63,742 bases of DNA, filler included, from Choristocarpus tenellus KU-1152 (GCA_964200185.2; 10 parts of 10 records of this genome joined end to end with filler, not necessarily neighbours in it); one strand, 5' to 3'. Counted from the first letter of the whole stretch, positions 13,219-32,547 are shown. A program made the numbers and translations. Notes: generated by a model not told the origin, from the sequence alone.

Positions 13219-14059
13219 ATGCGACGGAGGACCGAAAACGGCGAACCGATGGACGGAGGTTATAGAGGACAAAGTGGGGGACGCTGGGGTGGTTCGGACT
13301 ATGGATCGGGTGCTGGAAACAGCTACTATGGATCTAGCCCCAATGACCGTGTAACGGAGACTAACCACAACATTATGGAGATGCAGAACAACTCCCACAT
13401 CAACGACCTCAGCGACCAGGTGAGCGCCTGCTCTGTACGAACCATTTGGCTTCGTGTATGTTCTAAGTGGTTGTCTAGTATGCAATGATGCATTTGATTT
13501 TGTCCGACGTGTGCTGTTCAGCACAATTGTGATCGTGGTTTAGTCGTTCTTGTGGTCGTCAATCTTGGAGATCATAGCTTTTGGTTGAGACTACGATCTT
13601 CCCATTCGCTATTGTCTGGTCGGTTGTCGCTCTCCTTCATGCGTAGCCCATTGCATATTATGTTCCCACTTCGTTTTAAGTACCTCTATAACTTCTTGAC
13701 ACTCCAGCACTTCTTACTTTTACGACACAACAATCATACCAGCCGTATACCCCCCCTCTCCCCCCCATCCTCTATTTTCCTTTGTCTTGGCTGCTGAAAT
13801 AAAAATGAGAATTTAGGTGTCAATGCTCAAAAACTTGACAATTGACATCGGTCAGGAAGTGCGCAGTCAGAATGATCTAATCGATGGTATGGAGGGGCAG
13901 ATGTTTGATGCTGGCGGGCTACTTGGGGGAACGCTTCGACGCATCAATACCATGATGGCGAAAGGAGGGAGTCGACACATGTGCTATCTGGTAGTGTTCA
14001 TTGTGTTCACCTTCATTTGCATTTGGTGGATAATGAGTCACAGCGGAAAAGGAAGGTAG
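13219..14059 (+). CDS. BET1: Bet1-like Qc-SNARE, complete; exons 13219-13419 and 13817-14059
   Basis: MRRR...MEMQNNSHINDLSDQ|gtgagc ... ttag|VSMLKNLTIDIGQEVRSQNDLIDGMEGQMFDAGGLLGGTLRRINTMMAKGGSRHMCYLVVFIVFTFICIWWIM*. This is a SNARE coiled coil with a central Q layer and a C-terminal TM anchor. Confidence 0.92.
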
Positions 14060-16340
14060 CCCAGCAAGTGATTTTTAGGTTGGAGTTTGTACCCATTCTT
14101 TGACCCTTCCCTCGCTTCCCTTCCCTTGTGATTCTGTACTGGGGACTTATCGCCCATTGTATATCTGATGTTCCTGGCCGCTTATGGCGATTCTGAACCT
14201 CGCACCAATGCCCTTCACCAGTGGTGATAGTGGAACTCAGCTTAGGACGTCTGTTGTTTCTGTGTAGAGCTTCCAGTGACTGCAGTGAATCGTGGGGATG
14301 CTGGGAGCGTGCATAATTATCTTGCGACTGTCTGAAGTTGTGTTGTCAGTGACTTATGCAGGAATATTATCACAAGACAGTGATGTGGTATACTGCTGTC
14401 ACTGTAATGAAGTAGCAATGGAAAAACAAAGAGTACCCTTTGCAACTGCCCCCCCCCTGCTTGACCTTCCACTATGGTATAAAGGTAATGAGGGTTGTTG
14501 AAATTTGTTGGAGGGAAAGGAGGAGGGGATAGACTTGGCGCCACGCTTCTTTGAGATGTTGCTGCTGTTGAGGAGAAGGTATTGTATGGATTGGTCATGT
14601 CTTTTATACTCTTCACTTGTTCATGTTTAATGCAACGCTTGCGTAAGGAGCGAGAAGTGGACGGCATCGAACACGACCCAAATATCTGAAAGGCGTTGAA
14701 ACTGACCACGATCGGATCTTGTACTACTCAAATTGTCACACTCTCCTTTAGTTAATACACAGGAAAGACGTTCCACACTCCTTGCAGATTTTGTTACACA
14801 CCATCTGCTGACTCTCTTGTTTAATGTTACTTTGGACACATGAGCCCGAGGTTGAGTTTCATTTCAGGGATATAGATAGGGTGGTCATGGAAGAGGCTGA
14901 GAGCTGCTAATTCCTTCGAATGATGTTGAATATGACAGCAGCTTGATCAACATTTGTGTCTGTTTTCCCTGTGCCGAGGGAGAGGGTATGCTGGAGTCGG
15001 TTGAAGCTTTCGTTTTTGAGGTTAATACATCCATCTGGCAGGTCACATGATACTGTGCCCGTTGGTAATACTATCCTGATCCTGCACATTGAAGTGTATT
15101 CTACATAGTCATCCCTGTTCCACTCCTATCACCACCCCCACACCCACTACCCTATCACGAATCCATTTCTAGCTGATGATGCTCTCCCTGTACACCCCTC
15201 CTACCTTTTTTCATGGCTTGTGTGAAGGAAGTTGTTTAGGGTCTTTGACCTCAAGTGCAACCCCCCCAACCTGTCTTGCGTGAGATCCCTGCATAATGAT
15301 GACTTCAACTGCGAGAGCATTCAGGCAATTCCGAAAATTGATCTCGATGCGTACCGTCCGTGATACAAAAAATCATTGCTTGCATCCGATAGACTCATGC
15401 TGCAAGGTGATGCAAATCTTCAATTGGGATAATCATGGCAAAGACAAGTTTGGGTGGGAAGTCTGACTTTCCATCTCGAGCTGCTTGCCGAAAGGGTATA
15501 GAAGCGGTGCAGTAATTGCATTACTTTTGCACTTGAACTTCCTTGTGATATGTGTTGTGTCATGAAGTTCTGTGAATTCCTCCTCCCCATACACTTCCTC
15601 TGCCCCGGGCTCAAGACCTGGACAGTGACAAACTCTTACCCCCCATCCGTGTCCAGCGCTCCAATTTCTTCCCTCAATTGCACCTCATGTGAGGCAACTC
15701 TTGCTTCATGTGACTTTGCACACAATGAGGAAGACCCCTGTTTGCATGGGGGCGAGACTCCCGCAGTGTGTTGGCAGGCACGCCCAGTAAGCTCAACTAT
15801 ACCTTGACCATACGCTGGGGGCAAGGCATGAGCAGGATTTGATACCGAAGCCCAACCCTTTGCTCTAGGTGTATCTCCCACACAGAGTGGAGAGTGCAGA
15901 GGTTCAACTCTACACATAGTGGTCCTTCTCGTTACAACAGCCGCTAACTCCTTTGCAGCACACATAGTTTATCTATAGTCTTTCTGTATCCCTTACAAAT
16001 AAACGCAACCCCTCCCTCCAATTGAGACGTATGCAAGGCTGCAATTTAAGGATCCCGAGAAAGTGCAAAAGTAAGCCATATTGTGCAACTGCAGGAATAG
16101 GCTTCGTTCGCTGAATGGTGGTGTCGCTTTGTGTGTGGAAAGGAGGAGGGATATCACTTTTTTGCATACACTATTGCGCACATTAAGCAATAAGAAAATG
16201 GTGTGTTTATTGCACAGGGTAAGAAAGATGACTTAGAATGAAAAGGGGCTCCAAACCCGCCTATCTCCATTTTGGTTTGGCTCAACTGAGAGTAATGGCA
16301 CCCATTAAATAGAGCGGGCGGTGTGATTACCTCAACCTCA

Positions 16341-16599
16341 GAGTGAAAGTATCTTAAAGGGTACGATTTTTGCCCTGTTTGTCCATTTGGGGTTTGGCTT
16401 TTCACGGGCTTTTAATAACATTTTACCTACTCCAAAGTGTTTCGGAGTAGGTAAAATGTGATTTTATGAAAAGGAGTGTCCAGAACAAGGATATTGACAT
16501 CTCCTAACAAACATGATAGCCAAAATAACGTCAAAATTGTAACATCGGATTTTGGCCCCCAAATGGACGTGGCTCTACCCTCTAAGATAAATTTGACTC
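16341..16599 (-). mobile_element. MITE family A copy
   Basis: GAGTGAAAGTATCTT...TTTGACTC; flanks CTCA/TTCA. Confidence 0.85.
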
Positions 16600-19500
16600 T
16601 TCAACCCCTGAGGAATGTGCCAGCATGAGGGGAAAATATGGTGATATTTTTTCTGTGGGTTGCCATCTTCAGCCCTTGTGTGTTCGTTGTGGAGTTCTAC
16701 TAGTGTAGAATGGGCTGCCGCAAACTCAACCCCTACAAGTAATGCAGTGAGTATTTTATTATGCCCACCATAGATAACATCCTGCAGATGTTTTCATGGT
16801 GGGAAGACAAGAAGTAAACCAGAACGTGAAAAGCACCGAATACAAGAAAAATGACAACGACAGCAAACTCTGTCCAAGGTTGTCCTATTTGTGGTAATAA
16901 ATAAATAAATATTGTTGCTTCTTGTTCCCTCCATGATGATACTATCCGTGAATTGTCAGTGGATACAAAATAATAGTGAGTCAAAGTAAAACAGAGTTAG
17001 ACAGGTGTTGGCCGTTTTGCGTTTATTTCGATGGATGAAATACAAAGGTTGACTTGAGAGTGTTGATTTCTGTGTTTGAAAATCTTTGACAGAATTCAGA
17101 AAAGTACCGATATGCATTTGTTCAAAAAAGCCTAGTTTTACACATTTGTGAGCATCCTTCTATTATACACGAACAGTATAATTGTTACACTATACTCCTA
17201 TATAGTATGTGAAAACAAGAAACCAGGTCGGTACACACCAGAAACCTCTATACACTACTAGGAATTATATTTTATCTCATGATCATAATACATCCTTCCT
17301 CCCTGTTACCATAGCACCCCTTGTTAATATTAAGTTAAGAGGAAGGAACTTTACAATTGCAAGATGCAAACAAGGTTCCCTCGACGCAATATTTCTCCAC
17401 CAACAACAGCGTATATTAAAAAAGATTTATATGGAGGTAGGTAGGTCCCTTCATGACAACATATTCAAAACACATCAAAAAATACAATCGTACGTATTAA
17501 CAGTATGTAGTCATATCGCATCATGTTGTTTCATTCATCTGTCCTCCACTTATTTGGTGATCTGTATACAGACCTGATAATTTTACCATCGATTTGCGCG
17601 TTACCCAAAGTTCGAATATTTGGTTTCACCTTGGAAGGCCATACTTTCTTTCGTTTCCAGAGAGAGAAGTGGGTATAGAGAGTAGGTGTGGGAAAGGAAG
17701 AGAGAGAGAGAGAGAGAGATTGGAAACAAAGGTAAGATCTGTAGAGACCCCCCGTCGTCAAGAGGGGGAGATTATTCATTCTGTGTCGTAGCTTTTGTGC
17801 CTCTTTGCAGTAAAGCCTTCTTGCTAGGTGCCGTGAGTCGTCGAGCGTACCCGTCCCTTTTCTTGGAGCGCAAACATTCCTCCACCCCTCTCTCAGGCCA
17901 CGACCCTCGTTTACAACGGGTTTTGCGTTAGAAAACGTGGGAAATTCTTTGCAACTTGATCGCACAGTTAACTATTGTATCTAAATTTGCGACCAACTTT
18001 GTTCGTTGGCGAATTGACTCACTCAAAGCACAGAATCAGCGAAAGGATTGCTTAACCCGTTAAGCTTGGTGACTCTCTACAAATCGGACGATATTCAACA
18101 TCAAAGAAGTATACGTATGATGATGTTGTTTCAATGGTGTACATGGTTCGATGACTTATCCAACGATAGAGCTATCTATTGCACACGACTGGCCGTTTTA
18201 CTCGTTTGAGGTGGGGAGAAATGGGGCATGGATTCACGCTGCATGACTGACTCGGAGAGTATCGTAATCCCGATTCCAAGAGTTTGCCTCTGAGCCTGAC
18301 ATGATGCGCTACTCTAATATGGTCGTCTTGTACCGTGCGAATTTCCGGACTGGTAGCGTGTGGGTTTGAATCTGAGTTTGGATCTGAAGCTTTCCAGAGG
18401 TGGACTTGGGAAGATCGACCATTTTCATGGAGCCACTGCGCTTGCGCCTGAGGTAAATGGGCATGTGCTAGGTCAACGGAGCCCAACAACGTAGTTTTTT
18501 CCATTTGCAACTCTCTTGTTTGGGCCTCCCACTTACATGAACGTATCGTTAAGGAGAATTGTTCCCTCACACCTCATTTTGGCGTCGCCTTCAAACCTGC
18601 GAGCTCCCAGTTCGTGCTGTGATTTTTTCCCTAATGATTGTGTTATCTTAAGTGATAGAAATACAAGGAGAGTATGTACACCCTATCTGTTACCCTTCTC
18701 TTGTATGTGCCCAATTTCTACACCCACTTCAACAGTACTGTCATTTTCACAGAAGGGACTACCTCATGGGTGATTGAAGCGGTGGAGTACACTGGCAAGG
18801 AGTAGGAAGGCACATATATTGCTTACCTACACACGCAGTTGTGATTCCAATTGCTGACTTCCAGTCGACTTTCAATCTTTTGAGGGCCCAGAAGAGGTGG
18901 ACATACTTCTTACATGCAAGGTGGCTCCGGATTCTTGATTCTTCCTTTTACCTATACCAAGGAGAAGAATATTTGTGCTGAATGTATTGTAGAGATCAAG
19001 GTTGAGGACGTGTGATCTGCTTGTCATTTTGTGGGGCTGAATGTAGAGATTGCCGTTCATCTCTATCGAGTGGTGTAGTCAAGAATGGACTGATTATGAT
19101 GTTGGTGCAGCTTCACCCTTTTCATGTACTTTCCAATGTTTAGGGGGTGCAACAGGTAGAAAAGTTAGAAAAGACAACAAACACCTCATCGTTGTAGATG
19201 TGTTTCATTTATTCGCACTCCAGCCTGAGACTAGGAACTCCGCTCAATCTATTGTCAGAGGCTCCGCTACTTCTCATAGGCTGGTGCAAGCTTACTGTTG
19301 CACTAGAACTAGTTGTACTGCCCCGTGCATGTTCGCATTTTTTCTCTCATGCTGAGTTCAGCTATCCCATTGCTCAGTGCCATTCCTCCTTCATCAAGTC
19401 TTGTACAGTACTCACCTCGTCACAATAAAGCCTTGCCACCACAATTTGCATACATGCCTGAGACTCAGCTGAAACCAAATTGACATTTCTATTTTTGAAT

Positions 19501-20377
19501 TTTTCCCTGCACCAATCCCTAAATTGTCACCTCAGGTGTGAAGCTCCCACCCGGGGCTCGTAAGAAGCAAAAGAAACGCATGAAGAAGCTCAATCTGACT
19601 GCAGGATTGTTTGTGAAAGGCATGTGTAGGACATGATTGCATCCCTTTCCCCCTTGACTCCCATGTCATCTCCTGCAAAGTTAAACACTTTTTCCTTGCT
19701 TGGATTTTTATAGTGGATGCCCTCATTTGAGTCAGGTCACTGTTAGTAGTTGGGTTGGTTAATTTTCCCCTCAATGGCGTATCCCCAACAGGTGCAATTA
19801 ATGTGGTATCAAATCTTTTGAAATAGTTTTATTGCTGTTGAGAACAACCACTTGTTTGGCACCCCCCTCTGAGTCTGCTTGTTTTAACTTTTCTTTTCTT
19901 TCTAACCAAATCTCTTCAGTTTGATAAATATTTTATATTGTCTGACTTAGTTTGGTGTTCATGTTCCGCCTGTTGATCCATGCTCACTTCCCCTCAGTTG
20001 GAAGACATGCCAGATGGTTGTTGCTCATTGTAGAACTGTCTACCTTCCTCACAGTCCCTAGGTATTTGTTGGTATAATACACATTATTTTCATACCATCA
20101 CCTTTGCGGAAGACCAGACATGCCTTTGTCCATTGCTGGGGTTGAATAGTGTATCACTTGTTCAATTTGTAGATAACTCAATTTCAAGGGTGACAACAAA
20201 GAGTGGGGACGCTACTATCATTTCCAGACCTTAAACCCAACTGCTCTAGATTCTTGCTGTCTTGGTTACCCATCATACCTCCACATTTTAGCATCACATT
20301 TCCGTACTCTGCTTGAGCTCTCATTGTTTACCTCTGTTATCCCCTGATAACCTCCCTTCAACCCCTCCTACTTACAG

Positions 20378-25986
<5,609 letters not shown>

Positions 25987-26207
25987 GTATGTTTCCCATG
26001 CTATAAGTACAAGCGGAGATCTTGGCATCTTGGAGAAGGGGTTTTATTTTTGGGGGGGGGAAGGGGGAAGCGAGATGTGATTCATAGTTATGTAGGTGGA
26101 GCAGGTTNNNNNNNNNNNNNNNNNNNNNNNNNNNNNNNNNNNNNNNNNNNNTTAATTAATTAANNNNNNNNNNNNNNNNNNNNNNNNNNNNNNNNNNNNN
26201 NNNNNNN

Positions 26208-28270
26208 CCACGAAGGATGGGGCTTAAAACTGAGAATCGTGATGATGACCCATGTGCCCAACGAGACTGGGGACCACGCAGTCGATGTAAGTCCTCTGGC
26301 GAGCAGCTTCTGACAGGAGGGGGGATAGGGGAGGAGGGTGTGTAGGGATAATCGAGTACTGTAATGATACGCCATCAGGATAACGCATACAGGTGACTTA
26401 TGTAGATCCACATGTACATAGAAGTAGATGTGACATACCTGGTATGTGCGTGCCAAAGCACATGAAGCTTTAATACGTGATGTCTAACATCACACAGCAA
26501 AATTGCCCCGTGCACGTACCTGATCGATTTCATATGCTCAACAAGGCCTATGGATTGCATTTCCTTAAATACACCAAACAGGTGTTCCTTGAACCACGGT
26601 TGGTCGGACTGCTTGCTACGTATCACACCATGGGCAGGAACCTGCTGGAGGCCATTTTGCCGTGTCGTGAGAAACACCGTGCGTGGAGAAGAAATTGTGC
26701 GCCAAGCACACACATCAACTAGTCAGTTCGTACCATACACTTCTGTGTACATATGGATCTACGTAAATCACCTGTACGTGTTATCCTGATGGCGTATCAT
26801 TACAGTACTCGATTATCCCCACACACCCTCCTCCCCCATTCCTCCTCCTGTCAGAAGCTGGCATGAAATGGGAAGGAAGGTGGAGCTGATTAGGATATCC
26901 TCTTGATCATACTGTTGGGAGCTGCTCGCCAGAGGACTTACACTCCTTCTGTGTCTCACCAGTTCTCCTGGTGACATGGGTTATCATTGGTGATCGTTTT
27001 GAGCCCCATCCTTCGTGGGAGGTCCCCACAAACGGCTCCGACAATTGATGCGATTGGACTGGTGCTTGTCCTTCTGGAAGGCCCTTTGCACGCCACATGA
27101 GTTCAACAAGGGAGGACTCCTTCACCTTGTTCTTTTCTCCTTAGAGAAGAGCAAGCATGAACTTGAGCAGGTTGCGTAGGGCCAACTTGATGGCGACCTC
27201 GATGACCACAAGTGTGGGGAAGCTTTTGCTCTGGCGGGTCAGGAGAGATCTCTCATGCCCGAATTGGTGAAGGAGCTGCACCTTGACAACGACGAAAAGG
27301 AGGCTATAAATGGCTTGCTGGCCCCTCCTTACGTCTGCCTGTGGTCCTGACTACTCATATTCCGTCTCAGACATGCTGCAAAGAACGATGGGGCTGAATT
27401 CATTCTCCCACTCTTCTGCCAGTTGGGGCGCACAAGGTCGAATGTGACAGAGCCTTGTGCTGGTATTTGTTCAAGGTTCTTCCATCTGGCAGGTGGCTTG
27501 CCCGGGCATGGTCGTTAGATCTGCGCAAAGTGCTTGAAGTAGTAATCCTGAGCAGGAATGTTGTAGGTGCAGGGGTGGTGACATCCTGCACGTGCCTGAA
27601 CAATTTCATATTTTCGACGAGGCCTGTCGATGTCATCTCCTTAGACATGCCAAACAGGCGCCCCCTGAACCACGGTTAGTCGGAATGCTTGCAAACATAC
27701 ATCTCACCAACGTCAGGAACCTGGAGAAGGTCATTTTGCCGCGTGGTGAGAGAGCAATCGTGTATTAAGGTTTGAGTGTGTGACAAGCATATACCAGTTG
27801 CGCTGCATGTACTTCTTTGTGTAGATGGTACTACGTAGGTCACCTGTATGAGTTATCCTGCTGGCATATCGATACAATACTCTACTGCTACCCCTACACA
27901 CTCCCCTGCCCTGCTCCCCCCCTAGTCAGAAGTTGGCACGAAATGTGAGGTTTAATTCTGACCAAGAGATCCTTCTGAGCTATCCTGCTGGGAGCTGCTT
28001 GTCGGAGGACTTACATCAGCTGTGCGTCTCACCAGCCCTGCTCGCGACATGGGTCATCATTGACGGTCGGTTTATAACCCACCCTTCATGGGACCTAACC
28101 ACAAACGACTCTGCGATAGATGCTACTGGACTGGTACTGGGCCTTCTGCAGGGCATGAGAGGTCACCTTGTTCTACTCCTCATAGAAAAGAGTAAGTATG
28201 AGCAGGAATATGCTGCGTAGAACCACCTTGGTCGAAGGCTCGATGACCAGACGAGCAGGGAAGGTTCTAC
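26208..28270 (+). repeat. Three diverged copies of a decayed coding unit: inverted copy ~26208-26460, direct copies ~26510-27210 and ~27590-28260
   Basis: 26208-26430 is the reverse complement of ~26740-27020 with a ~60-bp indel. The direct copies differ mostly at codon third positions (e.g. EDLHxxCVSPxLLxTWVIIxxRFxxHPSW). Confidence 0.75.
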
Positions 28271-30059
28271 TCTGTCAAAGTGGAAGTGGATCGTGCCTTA
28301 GGCATTGAAGGTGATCTCCAGAAGCAATCTGCAATTGATGTGGCTGGACTAGTGGTGGACCTTCTGCTACCCCCTTCACACGCCGCATCAAATCACCAGG
28401 GACAGCTCCTTCTCCATTTCCATTTCACAGTTCAATTTCTTTGGCGATGTTCTTTGAAATAGGGATGAGATGATGGGCTTTCGTTCATAGTTGCAGGTCG
28501 TTAAGTTAAATTTAATTTCGTACCCCATCATTCACACAACAGAGGTGGTTGAAGCAGAGGACTGTCTTTCAATTTTTTAATTGATATCCCTCAAAATAGG
28601 AAAGAACAAAAATCGAAACAGTGGAAGTATTGTGATGTGGATGGAATGGATCATGTCCTCATCCATCTCCTCTACGTACTTCTTCCCGAGCAAAACAGAC
28701 CAAACAACTTCACACAGATTCCGATAAATTTCACACCACCAATTTCAAACTTTTTCTCCTAAAGAAACTTACCTGAATTAATTACGTAAGTACCTTTAAC
28801 ATTAAAAGGTCATAAACTATATCCTTAAAATAAGAATTCAAAGCAAGTGAATCTGTAGTGCAAAAATATATACGAAATGCACAAAATCCATTGTGTAGTA
28901 GAATGCAATTTGTTGGACATGGTTTTCCACTCTAAGTGAGCCACCATCTTTTCCTCGTTGCCCTCGTCTTTTCCATTGCAGGTTTTTGCTAGCCACCATC
29001 GTGATTCTACTATTTACAGCCTCCTCAAAATCGATCTTTCCTTGGTTCTTGACAGCTCTCGTTGTCTCGGAAAACTGGTGGATATGTTACAGGCGATTTA
29101 GCGTATGTATCGCCACGTGCGCATGAAGAACCGAAATTCTATACTTCAAAGTAGTCTTACCAATGCACTATAGAACTGTATCGTCAGAATAATTTGGAGT
29201 ATTCAGTCGACAATACGGTGAACATTATTTCAAGGCACATGGCACATGAGACTCCTTCACAGATTGAAAGAAACACTTGAGGTCCACCACACTACCCTGT
29301 CATGTTTTGCAATTCAGTCGAACATTAAGCTTGAAAGAACTTCTCTTTTTCACAATAAGCTGAAAACTACCTGTTTGCATTGACTATGAGGGTGTGGTAC
29401 ATCGCAAGTGCCGTCTGCAAGCCTCGAAATCAGCCTGCAGGTTTGTGACTTGCAGTTATGTATCCCAATTAAGGTAGCCTGTGGAGCGTTTTGTAACATG
29501 TGGGGATGATCAAAGCTCGCGAAATATGGAGCTTGTTCCCGAGGTTGGACAATGAGGAGAGATACGACTCATGCTCAAATACTGTACTACCTACATATGG
29601 GCTCTCCAAGCATATTTGCGGGGCACTCCTAACCACTCATCACTGTACTGGGTCAAATAAAACCACTCATCATAACGTGCTTAATCCAAAATGGTATCAC
29701 TATTTATCTTACCCAATATACGAATCTGCGCATGTATCTATCACTTGGATTTGCACCCTTGTACCAGCGTAAGACGGTACAGCAGCGTTAACATTAAATT
29801 ATACGTGATGGGTGCACTCACAAAAAAATGCACTACCAACCAGGACTGCTATGATCATACCCACTAAAATAATATCCTTCCACAGTACAGTTCAGAGTGC
29901 GGGGTGTTGAACCTTGGATTGGGTGAATTGTGCTCTTTTACGGTGTCAGGTTGGTAGTGGTGAAGGGGCATAGATAGTGTAACGAAGCACCAGCGAATTC
30001 ATGCTGATGAATCTAGTGACATGATGTACATAGAAAAAAGGTTATTTGGTCAGATGTTA

Positions 30060-30555
30060 CGGGTATTCCTTTGAGACGCTCAAAGGAGGAAGTACATGCT
30101 CTGAGTAGAGGCATGGCACCTTGTGAAGAAGGGTTTGTGAGGATGTTTTAACTCTGAATATATGACATCGTGTTGTGTGTTAGGTTCACTTAACGCAGGG
30201 TGAACTCGAGGTCTAAGTGGAGGCCAAGTCGACCAGAGAAAAAAGAATAATCAACATATGACACACAACTGATTGTTGTAATGTGAAAATTAAAAACAAA
30301 GAAACAATCTTGAATCAATATCTTGAACGACTCATATATAGCACATACTGTTGGTTGTATATGTTTGACAGATGTCGACCGTTCCATACTTCCTATCCTC
30401 GATGATGTCCTAACATATGATGAGGCTCTCATGATGTAACTGTGACTAACGACCGGTACCGATGTACGAATCAACAGTCAGTATGAACTGATAATACTTG
30501 AATAGTATTAATTAATCACACAAACGATGAGTAGCATGTGTTTGAACACTTCCTT
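30060..30555. repeat. Dispersed non-coding repeat (probable LTR/UTR family) shared with 63035-63545
   Basis: Colinear shared blocks: tttaactctgaatatat, ttgaatcaatat, taacgacc, aatcaaca..cagtat, atgagtagc..tgttt..aacac. Confidence 0.65.
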
Positions 30556-31245
30556 CAGTAAACCATGGTAGTATAGAATCATACCATCCAAACTGGCGAC
30601 ACCAGTGAATTTAGATGTAGGGTGAAGGATAAAATTTCTGTTTGAACACTGACCAAACATGCCGAATGCAAAAACCAGATGAACAATATGTCGTCTACAA
30701 CATCTTGCTGAACTTTTCGAGAAAGCAAAAGAAGAGAAGAAAATCGACTAGAGAGAGTAATCCCAGGACATGGAGTCATCCATGAATCATGACTCAGACT
30801 CAGATTTTCCCACTAAGTTCTCCTCATTGTCATCCAACAATTCAGATAATGTTAGTTGTAGACGAGGTTCCCCCCCATGTCCTCAACAGTTCGTCAGAGT
30901 GGTGCAGGAGCAGTGTTATTGGCCCTCGAGCATTGTGTCAGCTCTCTGGTGACCGTGACATCCGTCATGTCCTTTTTCCAGACAACTCAGTTTCCTCATC
31001 ACTTTCAGCCAGTCATAAGGTTAGCCGCTTCACCAGCACATTTCGGCGATGCCATCCCTGCGTTCGTTGCGCACCATGTCAACAACAAGGGACGAGACGG
31101 TGTGAGCAATACAAACGGACACACAAACCAACATACACCTACCATTGAAGTTCAGATCCAGTGAATTCCTTGATGTTGGATAATCTCATAGTTACATTAT
31201 TTCATTTATTTCTCACCTTGGTCAGTTTGTGTGCTTCGCACGCCC

Positions 31246-31271
31246 GAGTTCGAATCTCACCGGTGTCACCA
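31246..31271 (-). promoter_or_regulatory. Retrotransposon primer-binding site complementary to a tRNA 3' end (probably tRNA-Leu)
   Basis: The minus strand reads ...TTGACA-t-TGGTGACACCGGTGAGATTCGAACTC. The plus strand GAGTTCGAATCTCACCGGTGTCACCA is a T-loop, acceptor strand and CCA. Confidence 0.7.
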
Positions 31272-31296
31272 ATGTCAATTGTATGATTCTTTGACA

Positions 31297-32332
31297 ACAG
31301 GACTACCCCAAGGACTGACACATTTTTCGATGATGCCTTGCTCTTCCACAGTGTTACCACACGAGTCAATTACTCCTTGAGTACTGGGGTTTGCTCTGTA
31401 CGGGTTACTATCAACAGGCTTGGTACTAAGCTCTATAGGAATTTCTACTTCGGGTAGAGTACATCTGTCCAGTTGTGCCTCATTCAACAAAAAGTACTGA
31501 TTCATAATGAGCACACAGGTCTTAAAATTGAAACACTTGTGACTGATTGAACTTGATATCTTTGAACGCATTTGCCTTACTGAAAGCTTTATGTATCTCC
31601 TCTCTGGCTTCACTGAACAAGGCACAAGCAATATTCCGAGCAGTAATGGTGAGGGGTGTCTAATCAGAAATTGGCGTCAAGTGACCAGTGACAACGTGTT
31701 TCTTGATACTAACCCTACATGCGATTGGATGAGTTTGTAAATTGAACCAATATACTGATCTATTATTTGCCGACCAGGTACTGAGAGTGCGAGCAACAAC
31801 GATACAATTTCATGGATATGTGGGTTCGTTGTGTTGGTCTACATCAGGCATGGAATGTATGACTGGCTCCATTACCTATGGCAGCATCAAGGTACAGATT
31901 ACCAGCAGCTGTCCAACGTACGATGATTTCATGACCAGCTGGCATGTTGTGCTATTTATATAAACGGATGGGTACAGGTTCAAAATCATATTGCACACTC
32001 ACCACAGAGTATGAAGGAGTAGTACCCTGTATCGTGCACTTGTTGTGTGGGACTCCTTCTCGTGTCGTATCTTGCTGGAATGGTACACAAGCTGTTGTGG
32101 AACAAGAGATGGTGTTCTTGCCATTCAAGGATTGGATCGAAGGCCTGTATGACACTATTATGAAGGAGACTTTTTCAGGGCCAGGTTGGGGAATCACTAA
32201 CGCTTCAACAGGCATTGTGGTGTCACCAAGTGGAAGTGCAAACAAATAAAACCACGAATATGTGTTACAGGCGCCCCTCAATGCTCACCTTCCAGGATGT
32301 ACAACTCAAGTCCAACGACCTTAAAACGACGC
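31297..32332 (-). mobile_element. Ty3/Gypsy pol relic (protease region to RT N-terminus)
   Basis: KPVDSNPYRANPSTQGVIDSC...EEQGIIEKCVSPWGSPVV matches the Gypsy RT lead-in (PYR...GIIE..SPWxSPVV). Upstream PVEALVIPQ is a protease-like stretch. The relic is frameshifted. Confidence 0.78.
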
Positions 32333-32522
32333 NNNNNNNNNNNNNNNNNNNNNNNNNNNNNNNNNNNNNNNNNNNNTTAATTAATTAANNNNNNNNNNNN
32401 NNNNNNNNNNNNNNNNNNNNNNNNNNNNNNNNCCCCCCCAGATACTTTGAGCCTTTATCTACAGTCTGCCAGGTAATATCCTTTATTCTTTTGGCACCCA
32501 GGCCATATATATAATGGCCATG

Positions 32523-32547
32523 CTAACCCTAACCCTAACCCTAACCC
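32523..32547. repeat. Interstitial telomere-like (CCCTAA)n
   Basis: ctaaccctaaccctaaccctaaccc. Confidence 0.8.

Noticed and set aside
6536-14059. Beta-adaptin next to Bet1 as a vesicle-trafficking gene cluster
   Set aside because: They are on different contigs separated by an artificial spacer, so adjacency is not established.
31246-31271. tRNA gene
   Set aside because: Only the 3' 26 nt are present, with encoded CCA and no D or anticodon arm. It is better explained as a PBS.
32523-32547. Chromosome end
   Set aside because: Only ~4 repeat units, located inside the contig.
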